Shown: positions 52,572-64,000 of the stretch, in pieces
How the letters are laid out: the number at the start of each line of letters is the position of its first letter
How positions within the stretch are numbered: position 1 is the stretch's first letter
Origin: Eledone cirrhosa
Lineage: Eukaryota
Reading direction: 5' to 3'
NCBI GenBank assembly: GCA_964016885.1
Contig: OZ024742.1
Span: 282,348,001 to 282,412,000, forward strand
DNA: 64,000 nt
The notes under the pieces: generated by a model
Told to the model about the DNA's origin: nothing
The model's input: only the letters and a program-made list of their open reading frames with translations
Databases searched by the model: none
Program-made: the position numbers and the translations under genes

Positions 52572-52875
52572 TGGCAGTATCCGTAGAGAGCCGGACGCCG
52601 TGCTTTCCAGCATAGTTACGTCCCTTTACGGACTGAGTTTAAATCCTGCCGAGGTTAACTTTAACTTTCATCCTTTCGGGGTCTATAAAATAAAGTACCA
52701 GTAATGTACTGGTTAATTGCTGGCCTCGTGCCAAAAGTAGAAACAATTATTAGGGGCTGAGTTCAAATCCCGCCAAGGTTAACTTTGCCTTTCATCCTTA
52801 CGGGGTCGATAAAATAAAGTACCAGTAATGTACTGAGATAATTGCTGGCCTTGTGCCAAAAGCAGAAACAATTTA
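52572..52875 (+). mobile_element. two tandem tRNA-derived SINE copies
   Basis: Core occurs at ~52635-52750 and again at ~52757-52875. Confidence 0.85.
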
Positions 52876-52975
52876 TTATGAGCAAATGGGGTCCCACGTG
52901 CTGGCCGACCCGTGGCTTCGGTGGACAGAATAGAGAAGGCGTTTTCCCGGAGGATGGTGAGGGAGATGCGCTGGT
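52874..52975 (-). mobile_element. CRE-like 3' terminal fragment
   Basis: Minus strand encodes QRISLTILRENAFSIL. Confidence 0.6.
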
Positions 52976-53134
52976 GGTATTGTGTTAGTTGTTATTGCTA
53001 ATGGTAACTGTCAGAGTGGAGTTAATGTTGGTGGTTGGTAGTACTGATGATGTTTGTTGCCTTGCTGTATTTAATCCGGCTCTTTACGTTCTAAGTTCAA
53101 ATCCCGCCGTGGTTTACATGAGCGGTGGACGTAA

Positions 53135-53334
53135 NNNNNNNNNNNNNNNNNNNNNNNNNNNNNNNNNNNNNNNNNNNNNNNNNNNNNNNNNNNNNNNNNN
53201 NNNNNNNNNNNNNNNNNNNNNNNNNNNNNNNNNNNNNNNNNNNNNNNNNNNNNNNNNNNNNNNNNNNNNNNNNNNNNNNNNNNNNNNNNNNNNNNNNNNN
53301 NNNNNNNNNNNNNNNNNNNNNNNNNNNNNNNNNN
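53135..53334. other. assembly gap (200 N)
   Basis: Run of N. Confidence 1.
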
Positions 53335-53335
53335 A

Positions 53336-53592
53336 GACCCCCCTTCGATCCGATTGACCATGGGATTCGCACCTACAAAGTTCTCCTCCGAGGCACAAGT
53401 CCGGGCAAGGTTCTTTGTAGAAGACCAGCAGCCGCCCATGTATACCAGTCTCCCTTCTCCAGGCTATCGATGTTGTCCAAGGGAAAGACAATGACCGATA
53501 CAGCTTGGTAACAGTGACGTCGCAACTGATTCCTACAGCTGAGTGAACTGAAGCAACGTAAGAACGACGCTCTAACCACTAAGCCATGCACC
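53336..53592 (-). mobile_element. tRNA-derived SINE, internally deleted relative of 48440-48760
   Basis: Shares gaggcacaag..gaagaccagcag..gatacagcttgg..gctctaaccactaagccatgcacc. Confidence 0.78.
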
Positions 53593-54131
53593 TTTACAAA
53601 AATATAGTACCAGTCAAGTACTGCGATAGATTACTCCTTTAGTTTTCATTCTCACATTCTCTGTAAGCAATCGACAATGTTCAAACCCGGAGAGGGATGA
53701 CCTTGGTCAGGTTTTAAATACCCAAGATATACTGTATGCCACGACTGTGCCCTTACAAAACCATCGGAAATTCACGGCACTCAGACAGGCTGGTGTTGCT
53801 GTTTTCGTCGCTTTCGTCGTCGTCGTCGTCACCATCGTTCTTATTGTTGTTGTTGTTGTTGTTACAGCGGGATTTCTTTTTCAAACAATATCGTGTTGTT
53901 GTTTTTTTTTGTTTCTTTCTTTCTTTTGTATGTTTTTTTTCTTTCCTAAAGTATTTTTTCAAAACTATCTTGAATCTTCAATCTTCAATGTGAAATATGA
54001 AATATGACAGTATCATGTTATGAAATCGTTGCTCTCCATTCTCCTATCCCCTCGTCATCCCAGTCATCCGACTTTCCAACCCACTCTCTCCATCCCACAA
54101 TCACCCAGCACTGTCTTTCTTGCCTCTCTCT

Positions 54132-54228
<97 letters not shown>

Positions 54229-54753
54229 GTCCTCCCGTTCGTCTTCCATTTTGGTTTTTACGTTAACGCTGTTCAAATGTTCGGTATTTAGGGTCAAATC
54301 ATCCGGATAAGAAAGATAAGAAGTATTGACATCAATCAAAAGAACATGCAAGTACATTTAAGATGTAGCGGTGTAGCGGTCAAGCGATGAAGTGGGGTGG
54401 TGTGAGAGGTATAGTGGTCTAGTGGTGTTGTAGGGGAGTGGGTGTCGATTGGTGAGGTAGGTGGATCATTGAAGAGAGAAGATAATCGTAATTAGTATTC
54501 TAAACACTGATAAACACTGATACACACACATACATATACATAACCACACACAGACACATGCACAAATACATATACAGACAGGCACAAATACACTTTCCTT
54601 ATTAATGTGATTGTCTGTTCTGTCTGTTTGCCTCATTCTCTTTATCTTTCTCTATATTTCATTCCGAATATAGAGTATGTCAGAGAATTTGTTTGGGCAT
54701 ATGTTCACATGTATGTATGTATTTATGTATTCATGTATGTATGTATGTATGTA

Positions 54754-55549
<796 letters not shown>

Positions 55550-55551
55550 CA

Positions 55552-55603
<52 letters not shown>

Positions 55604-55872
55604 ATAAGAATATTTATATTTATAGCCCCAGCATGGCCTCAGCCGGATGGCTGGAACAGGTAAAAGAGTAAAAGAGTAATATGTTTATTACAATTATAAA
55701 TATGGAGGGTAGTACTGAGTACTAAGTACTAAGTACTGTAGTTCTGTTCTCTCAAGCATAACACCTTGTTAACTCTTGACTCTCCACATGATGTCTATGA
55801 CACTAACAACAATTATGTACCCTAAATGTTCTGAATGACTAGGATTTTAATCACATGTTTAGACATTCCCTA

Positions 55873-55919
55873 TGCTCCGATGAATCCAGACTTCCCTCTG
55901 GAAGAAACAATTGTCAGCA
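55873..55919 (+). ncRNA. type I minimal hammerhead motif (U4>C)
   Basis: tgct-CCGATGA-a tccaga cttccc tctgga a-GAAA-caattg-TC-agca. Confidence 0.65.
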
Positions 55920-56121
55920 AATAAATGTTCTAAACCAAAGTTTTATCGTATTACCACTTTGTATATATATATATATGAAAAGATTCCGGACCCGATTCAT
56001 ATTACCCACTCTACTACCCCTAGTATCGAGTACTCTGTTGCGTTATGGTCCACCTGGTATCTTACCACACCCTCTTTGTTATGTATATATATATATAGTA
56101 ATAAGATAGATATATATATAT

Positions 56122-56263
56122 TTATTAAAATAACAGATTAAAGTTTAAGCAAAGAATCGCTGCTTTCACCCTTAACGGGATCTTCTGAAACTAGTTTCAG
56201 AAGATCCCGTTAAGGGTGAACGCAGCTATTCTTTGCTTAAACTTTAATCTGTTGTTTTAATAA
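56122..56263. repeat. near-perfect 142-bp palindrome centred on gaaa-ctag-tttc
   Basis: Arms are complementary with no spacer. The arm sequence also occurs at ~18375-18420 and ~32325-32368. Confidence 0.9.
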
Positions 56264-56350
56264 TTATTTGCTCTACAGTTCTTATATATCTGATATATAT
56301 TTATCCTTATCGAGCCCTCTTTGGATTTTAGTCTTCAAATTTATTATTAT

Positions 56351-56426
<76 letters not shown>

Positions 56427-56868
56427 CCCATCGAAGTCTGTTCGCCTATTTTCTGTTTCGTTTCAACATTTCCATACAGAATATTACTGGTGATGTTTCG
56501 GGTGGAGTTTTTCTATACTTACAACCGAAAAACTGAGGTCCCCTATACGATTAGCAACTGAAGTTGTTTGATCCTACCTTGCAGTTTACTTGTATATGTA
56601 CTACCACTCCTCAGACATTTCTGATAATTTGACTATTGGCTCGGATTTTATGAATATAATTTTTTCGAATTTAAGAATCTGACAGTCTTGTACACTAGAG
56701 GCTTGTTTATTGTTGGGTTTGTTTTCGGAGTGTATTATATATATATAGGACATTCGATGATTGCTTGCGTTTGATCTATATAATTATATAGTGTATATAT
56801 ATATGTAGTATGTATATTTAGGGTAGTTATCGAAAATTAATAGACTGGTTGAAGAAATAATGGTCTTG

Positions 56869-56935
<67 letters not shown>

Positions 56936-57007
56936 TGTGTGTGCGTGCGTGTGTGTATGTGGGTGTCTAAGTCAACAGGTTAAAATTAACTTCGTTTATT
57001 CATATAC

Positions 57008-57066
57008 GCTGCAATATATATTTCGGTGATAACCATTATTCAACAGTTATAAGATCATCAGGAAGC
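57008..57066 (-). ncRNA. type I hammerhead motif
   Basis: Minus strand reads gcttc-CTGATGA-tctt ataactgttg aa taatggttat cacc-GAAA-tatata-TT-gcagc. Confidence 0.55.
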
Positions 57067-57160
57067 TAGAACTTGAACAGAAAAAACAGGGAAACATAAT
57101 GGTGGAATAAAGTTTACCTTGGTAACTCGTTGATATGCCCAGATCCGGATATATATAAAT

Positions 57161-57196
<36 letters not shown>

Positions 57197-57449
57197 GAAT
57201 GTATGTATAGTATATTTAGCAATATTTGCGCTGTCATTTTAAAGTAGTGACTATGCCACTTACTTCTTTTTCCGGCAAAGGAAGGAAGGGAGAGAAACTG
57301 ACAGATTTTGTTTCACAGTGTTGGTGTTCCTCAGAGCAACGTACTCCCTGCCTCTGCCGAAGATTATAGAGGCTGAATTCTTATAGAATTCCAGTAATAA
57401 TCAGGAACTGATTATACAGAGCGATTGCCGGTCCAGCAAATATTAAAAA

Positions 57450-57563
57450 TTAGGATTCGTGCTCTGAAATAGTGATGTATATATGAATGTATGTATAGTA
57501 TATTGCCAAATATACTATACATACATTCATGTATACATCGCTATTTCAGAGAACCAATCCTAA
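57450..57563. repeat. palindrome with a 4-nt loop
   Basis: ctctgaaatag.gatgtata.atgaatgtatgtatagtatatt-gcca-reverse complement. Confidence 0.85.
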
Positions 57564-57809
57564 ATATATTATATATTGAAGTCGGTGGTTCACTACTGGA
57601 TAGAACTAGTCATTCCATATAGTTAACCATGATGCAATAGGAGGAAAAACATTCATTTATCTTTTATGTAAGATTGTGTTAGTGGTGCGAGAACGGAGTT
57701 AATTATTATTGAATATATAGTTATTTAATTATACTTCAGGAGAGTCGTGCTGCTAATAAAAATACACACACCAGTTGAGTATCACTTCAATTTATTATTA
57801 TTGATTAAG

Positions 57810-58240
57810 TAAAGGTGGTGGGTTGGCAGAATCGATAGAACGTCGGAAAACATGCTTAGTGGAATAGAGTTATGGTCCTTTACCTTCTGAGTTCAAATCC
57901 TGCCGAGGTTAACTTTGCTTTCAACCTTACGGGTTCGATAAAATAAAGTACCAGTAATGCACTGGAATAATTGCTAGCATTGTGCCAAAAATAGAAACAA
58001 TTATTGTTTAAGCAAAGGCGGTGGGTTGACAGAATCGATAGAACGTCGGACAACATGCTTAGTGGCATAGAGTTATGGTCCTTTACTTTCTGGGTTCAAA
58101 TCCCGCCGAGGTTAGCTTTGCCTTTCATCTTTGCGAGGTCGATAAAATAAAGTACCATTAACGCACTGGGGCTGATTTAGTCGACTTTTCCCTCCCCTTC
58201 AAATTGCTGGCTTTGTGCCTAAAGTAGAAACAATTATTGA
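57810..58240 (+). mobile_element. two tandem tRNA-derived SINE copies
   Basis: Heads aggtggtgggttggcagaatcgatagaacg at ~57812 and ~58016, each with B-box and core. Confidence 0.88.
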
Positions 58241-58589
58241 TTAAGTAACTAATCAATAACTTTGATCGGTTAGTTTATTTGTTAATTGTCAAAGCTCATT
58301 CATCACAAACTTTCTTCCAGTGACTTCTTTTGTTACTTTGTGGCTCCGGAGGCGATAACAGTTGGAGTTCGGCTCTTCCACGTTCGGACCATACCTTGTG
58401 GTTGTGTTCATCATCTATAATATCTAAATATCTGTGATCCTGTGTATTATAGGCTATACGATACTAAACATATATTAATAAATCTTTGTTTTGTTGTACA
58501 CCAACTTGTCTTTATGCATGATATAAGGTGGTATATGTGAATTAGTACAGAATGTAGGCGGAAAAAATTACATTTCAAATTATTCTTTG

Positions 58590-58658
58590 TTTCTGTTGCG
58601 GGCCATATAAAATATATTTGCGGGCCGCATGCGTCCCGCGTGTTTGATACACTTGAAA
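58590..58658. mobile_element. hAT/Charlie-like MITE terminus
   Basis: gcgggccgcatgcg.cccgcg.gtttga.ac.c.tg terminal motif. Confidence 0.45.
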
Positions 58659-58956
58659 TAGATTGTACTTGTAGCATACTGTGTCATGTTTTTTCTATCT
58701 AATATATACAGGGAACACGTGTCTGTAGGATATTCAACTACATCAGATAGAGTGTACCTGTAACAGAAAGGAACAAGTCCGCTCACATATGCACATAGAT
58801 GCACGTAATGCATGCATTGATAATTATGTATGGTACTAAAAAACAGGGTGATGTATTTGTCAGCGCGTTATTGGGCCCGATGTCGGAAGGTGGGAGAGAT
58901 ATAAAAGCGTGTGTATGTGTGCATATATATACACACATACACACACAAACACACAG

Positions 58957-59001
<45 letters not shown>

Positions 59002-59004
<3 letters not shown>

Positions 59005-59191
59005 CGAAGGAAATGTGGTAAGGAACCAGGTGGACCATAACGCACCAAAGTACTCAATACTTGAGGTAGTAGAGTGGGTAATAGGAACCAGTAAGACCCC
59101 GACAGCTGAGCTCAAGCTGTTTCGACGGCTAATTCAGTCCAGAATTAGCCGTCGAAACGGCTTGAGCTCAGCTGTCGGGGTCTTACTGGTT

Positions 59192-59245
<54 letters not shown>

Positions 59246-59430
59246 AACGAGTAGGACCCGACGGCTGAGCTCAAGCCGTTTCGACGGCTAATTCAGTCCA
59301 GAATTAGCCGTCGAAACGGCTTGAGCTCAGCCGTCGGGGTCCTACTCGCTCCTATTACCCACTCTACTGCCTTAGTATTGAGTACTTTGGTGCGTTATGG
59401 TCCATCTGGTTCCTTACCACATTTCCTTCG

Positions 59431-59432
<2 letters not shown>
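59002..59432. mobile_element. two opposed copies of the (TA)n fold-back element around a (TA)n spacer
   Basis: 59002-59195 has its body on minus and 59242-59432 on plus. Each carries a ~113-bp hairpin with loop agtcca. Confidence 0.88.
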
Positions 59433-59473
<41 letters not shown>

Positions 59474-59600
59474 AAAGTTCTATTTAAATTGTTGGGATAC
59501 AACAAGCAAATATTTTTATAACTGATATAAAGCACTCAACAAATATTTGGAGTAAAAATACGATATTAACAAATGGAAACTATATTTATAAAACCATATT

Positions 59601-59665
59601 TATTTCATTATACATATTTCAAGGACACCAAGTAAAATTATGGTGTGCTTTCATCAGATAAAATA
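59601..59665 (-). ncRNA. type I hammerhead motif within an inverted repeat (59558-59813)
   Basis: Minus strand reads tattttat-CTGATGA-aagcacacca (10-nt loop) tggtgtcctt-GAAA-tatgta-TA-atgaaata. Confidence 0.75.
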
Positions 59666-59929
59666 TAATATAGATCAGTTTTATAAATAAATATTGACAT
59701 ACCCTTAAAGAATGCAACCATTGCCGCCCGAAGCTTTAATTTGGTGTCCTTGAAATATGTATAATGAAATAAATATGGTTTTATAAATATAGTTTCCATT
59801 TGTTAATATCGTATATATATTTATATATATATACATACATACATATATACATACATACATACAGACAGACATACATACAGTCAGACAGAGTGTATATAAC
59901 GCCAAGCCACAAAAGCAACCACATATATT

Positions 59930-60110
59930 AATTGTTTCTACTTTTGGTACAAGGCCAGCAATTACTCAGTGTATTACTGGTACTTTATTTTATCGACCCC
60001 ATAAGGATGAAAGGCAAAGTTAACCTCGGCGGGATTTGAACTCAGAATGGCAAGGGCCGTAACTCTATCCGTCAAAGCATGGCGTCCGACCCTCTACCGA
60101 TACTGCCAAT
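59930..60110 (-). mobile_element. tRNA-derived SINE (MetaSINE-like core)
   Basis: Reverse complement of 49292-49472. Confidence 0.88.
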
Positions 60111-60630
60111 CCACATATATTAATATACATATATATGTGTGCATGAGAGATTATGCGTGTGTATGCGTGTGAGTGCATATGTCAGTGGCTGCGTGCGCGC
60201 GCGTGTGCGTGTGTGTAAAACATTTTGAAACAAACTAGGAGTGCCCTGGAACAAATATTTTCCCATCACCTACAAGGTACATTATATAGTTTGTTACATT
60301 TCCAGGGGCATTTTTGTTCCTGTAGAAATAAAACACTATTGATTCATCCCACCTTCCACACATATGCACATGCAGAAACACATGGACATGCATACATAAT
60401 ATATATTTATATATAACGAAGGAAGTGTGGTAAGGAACCAAATGGACTGTAACGCACCAGAGTACTCAATACTTAGGGTAGTAGAGTGTGTAAGGAAAAT
60501 GTTTAACATTTTCCTATATTCTGTATACATATATATATATATATATATAATTGGTGTTGGATGCTTAAAGCGTCCGTATGCGGTAGGCCGTATGATCATT
60601 CGATGCTCTCATAGAGCAGAGTATGGTATG

Positions 60631-60842
60631 ATATCACAGAAAAAAAGAGAATCACTGTTGCTACGAATGGAATTTATTGGACATATTACAATCGTTTCTC
60701 TGGCGACCAGTTCGAGGCACGATCGATGTTCAGATTCAGGTTCGATCATCACATCGATCGTGTCTCGAGCTGGTCGCCAGAGAAACGATTCTAATATGTC
60801 CAATAAATTCCGTTCGCCGCAACACTGATTCTCTTTTTTCTG

Positions 60843-60848
<6 letters not shown>
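60631..60848. repeat. ~100-bp-arm palindrome, each arm carrying a GAAA-cgatt(g/c)-TA hammerhead half
   Basis: Arms at 60631-60729 and 60751-60848. Related to 1-150. Confidence 0.88.
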
Positions 60849-60909
<61 letters not shown>

Positions 60910-60928
60910 TATACACATATATACTTTG

Positions 60929-61029
60929 ATGGCTTCTACAGGACTAGAGCTGTTTCATTCGGGAGAAATCATCATGGGCTTCCTGGTGTTTTCTCGCGAT
61001 TGAAACAGTTCTAGTCCTGTAGAAGCCAT
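60929..61029. repeat. palindrome with GAAA-c..g-TC on each arm
   Basis: atggcttctacaggactagagctgtttca pairs with tgaaacagttctagtcctgtagaagccat. Confidence 0.85.
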
Positions 61030-61096
61030 TTCTATATTAAATATTTATACTCTGCTTTGTATTGGGTACTTTACTTACTGTGGTTACCCCCGATTA

Positions 61097-61141
<45 letters not shown>

Positions 61142-61689
61142 TTTAACTTCCTCCCCTATATATATATATAACGCACTTCAGCCATTTCTGTCTACTAAAT
61201 TTCATGGTTTTATTAGACAGCGGCCATACTGGGGCACTACTTTCAAGGAATTTACCTGATAATATCACCCTCAGTAGGAATGGACCCTGTTTTTATGCCA
61301 ACTTTCCGAAAGCACATTTAGGCGCATGAATTATATAATGCACATATAAAATGTGCGCATTCGTGTCTGTGTGTTTCGATTCCATCACCATCAACCTCAT
61401 CAACATCAACAACAATATTACTGACGCTATCAAACACTACCATCGTTTTCTTTCACTACAGAAAAAAAAAAACTGAAGCAATTCTCCGCTACATTGCTCA
61501 AATATTTCAATATCAACCAAGACACCGACTGGCCACTGTTACTGATGTTGTTGCTGCTCCTGTTGTTACTGCTGATGCTGATGCTGTTGTTTCTGTTGCT
61601 GCTGCTGGTGCTGCAGACGATCCTGCTTCTGCCAATGTTGTTACATCCCCATCTATCTAAAAAACTAGGAAAAAAGGAATAATGATAAT

Positions 61690-61735
61690 GCATACATATA
61701 TACAAACATACAAACATACATGCATACATGCACAC

Positions 61736-61766
<31 letters not shown>

Positions 61767-62066
61767 AACATACATGCATACATACATACATATATACTTA
61801 CAAACAAGCATACATACATGCATACATATATATATATATACATACATAGAAAAAAATAAACATACATACATGCACACATTCATATATACACGCATACATA
61901 TACATATATATATATACATACAAACATACATACATACATATATACATACATGCATGCATACATATATACATATACAAACAAACATACATGCATATATGTA
62001 TACATATACATACATACTAACAAACACACATACATACATACATACATACATACATACATACATACA

Positions 62067-62102
<36 letters not shown>

Positions 62103-62373
62103 CACACATATATACATACATATATATACATCGACAGAGAATAAACTTATGGAGTTCATAATAGCGAGTCTGGTCATTATAGCAGAGAGAGAACTCGAAC
62201 CAGTGAACCAAGGATAACAAATTAACGATTTACAAACGGTCATTTGCACGTGAATTATGTGCTGAGAGTAACTGGGGAAATTAATGTATTGGTGTTGTTG
62301 TTGGTGGTGGTGGTGGTGCTGGTGGTGGTGGTGGTGGTGGCGGTGGTGGTGGCGGTGGTGGTGGTGGTGATGG

Positions 62374-62404
<31 letters not shown>

Positions 62405-63110
62405 GGTTGTGGTGGTGGTGGCGGTGGTGCTGGTGGTGGTGGTGGCGGTGGTGGTGGTGGTGCTGGTGGTGGTGGTGCTCGTGGTGGTGGTGGTGGTGGC
62501 GGTGGTGGTGGTGGTGGTGGTGATCGTGAGGGTGGTGGTGGTGGTGGTGGTGCTGGTGGTTGTGGTGGTGGTGGCGGTGGTGGTGGTGGTGCTGGTGCTG
62601 GTGCTGGTGGTGCTCGTGGTGGTGGTGGTGGTGGTGGTGATTGCGGTGGTGGTGGTTGTGGTTTTGGTGATGGTGGTGGAGGTAGTGGTGGTGATGGTGG
62701 TGGTGGTGGTGGTGGTGGTGGTGACGGCGACAGTTGTGGTGGTGGTTATGGTGGTGGCGGTGGTGGTGGTGGCGGCGGTGACAGTTGTGGTGGTGATGGT
62801 GGTGGTGGTGGTGGTGTGCTGTTGTTGTTGTTGTTGTTGGTAGTGGTGGTGGTAGAGTGGGGTGGTGAGGTGTCTGATGTTGCTGATGGTGGTGTGCTGG
62901 TGGTCTTGGTGTTATTGTTGTTATTGTTGTTGTTGTTGTTGTTAGTGGTGGTGGTGGCGGTGGTGGTGGTGGCGGTGGTGGTGGTGGCGGTGGTGATGGT
63001 GGTTGTCGTGGTTGTGGAGATGAAGTTGTTTTGATGGTTTTTTTGCGGCAGCGGTGCTGGTGGTGGTGGTGGTGGTGGTGGCGGTGGTGGTGGTGGTGTT
63101 GGTGTTGATG
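61690..63110. repeat. (CATA)n tract followed by a long (GGT)n tract
   Basis: Seen directly. Confidence 0.93.
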
Positions 63111-63631
63111 GTGGTAGAGCAGACGATTCTGTTGTTGATAATGTTGTTCTTGTTACAGTTACTGTTGTTGTTGTTGTATTGGGTGTTACGGTGAGGGATG
63201 GGTGGAGGAAGGTCGTAATGCCATTATTGGTCGTGTTCTGTGTGAGAGAGAGGTTGTGTGTATGGCTGAGTGCGTGGGGTGTACAGACAGAGAATGTAGA
63301 AAGTTAGAAAGAAAGGGTGGATGATTGCTGAAAGAAGTCTTAATGCAGAGAAGGACATGCACTCACAAACACACACACATTTATACATACATACATACAT
63401 ACATACGATACTAAGCATATATACATGCACACATACAACTCAAAACATACACATCCACACATACAATAACATCCATATCTACACATGCATGCAGACATGC
63501 ATATATATCTACCTAGTTGATGTGTAAATTCCAATGAGAGAGACTTGTTTCTATGTTAGAAACCGACTCTCTCTCTCTATTGGTAAAAATTTGTGAAATT
63601 ATAAAACCAGAATAACATACATACATACATA

Positions 63632-64000
63632 CATGGTGGCTGCCAACTCGTTTTCGAGTACGACCACTACTTTATATCCATGTAGGAGAACCCCTACCGA
63701 TGCGCTGAACGAGTGTGACCTTTTAGTCCAGCCAGCGACTTGAAAACTCTGGTACAAACACTACACCTGTGACAATTATTGACACATAGTGCTGGGCCCA
63801 TGGTACCATGTGACGACAAGTGCAGAGAGATCTCCAGATATAAAGCAATGCCTGTGCCGAGAAGCTTTTATAGTGAGCACAACCACTGCACAAAGCCAGC
63901 CCCACTCTCTTAAACAAGATGATATTTACCAAAGAGAAGGACAAGTCAACATCATTGGATACCATCAGGGTTGCAGGTGTTATATCAGAGTTTTCCTTCT
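63632..64000 (-). mobile_element. second copy of the ~370-bp RTE-tailed element (runs off the window)
   Basis: Colinear with 41497-41865. Encodes CSVCTRVFKSLAGLKGHTRSAH*. Confidence 0.75.

Noticed and set aside
57810-57905. tRNA gene
   Set aside because: A/B boxes run straight into a SINE core and no cloverleaf closes. The same applies to the other SINE heads.

Overview
Repeat-saturated eukaryotic (metazoan) DNA. The tRNA-SINE families and the (TA)n/(CATA)n/(GATA)n/(TAA)n load suggest an octopus/cephalopod genome (inference, not verified). I recognise no host protein-coding gene, and most ORFs in the track are microsatellite artefacts. Real coding content is all retrotransposon: a Penelope-like element (RT + GIY-YIG), five Tx1/L1-clade LINE copies, a nest of R4/Dong-like REL elements, and RTE and CRE-like fragments. 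Each family sits in its own microsatellite type. The most interesting layer is non-coding. There are about ten type I hammerhead-ribozyme (HHR) motifs, including a three-copy tandem array with 422/431-nt spacing (retrozyme/circRNA-like). Several (TA)n-embedded fold-back palindromes have their symmetry axis or inversion breakpoint in HHR helix II. Coordinates were read by eye and element ends are approximate.
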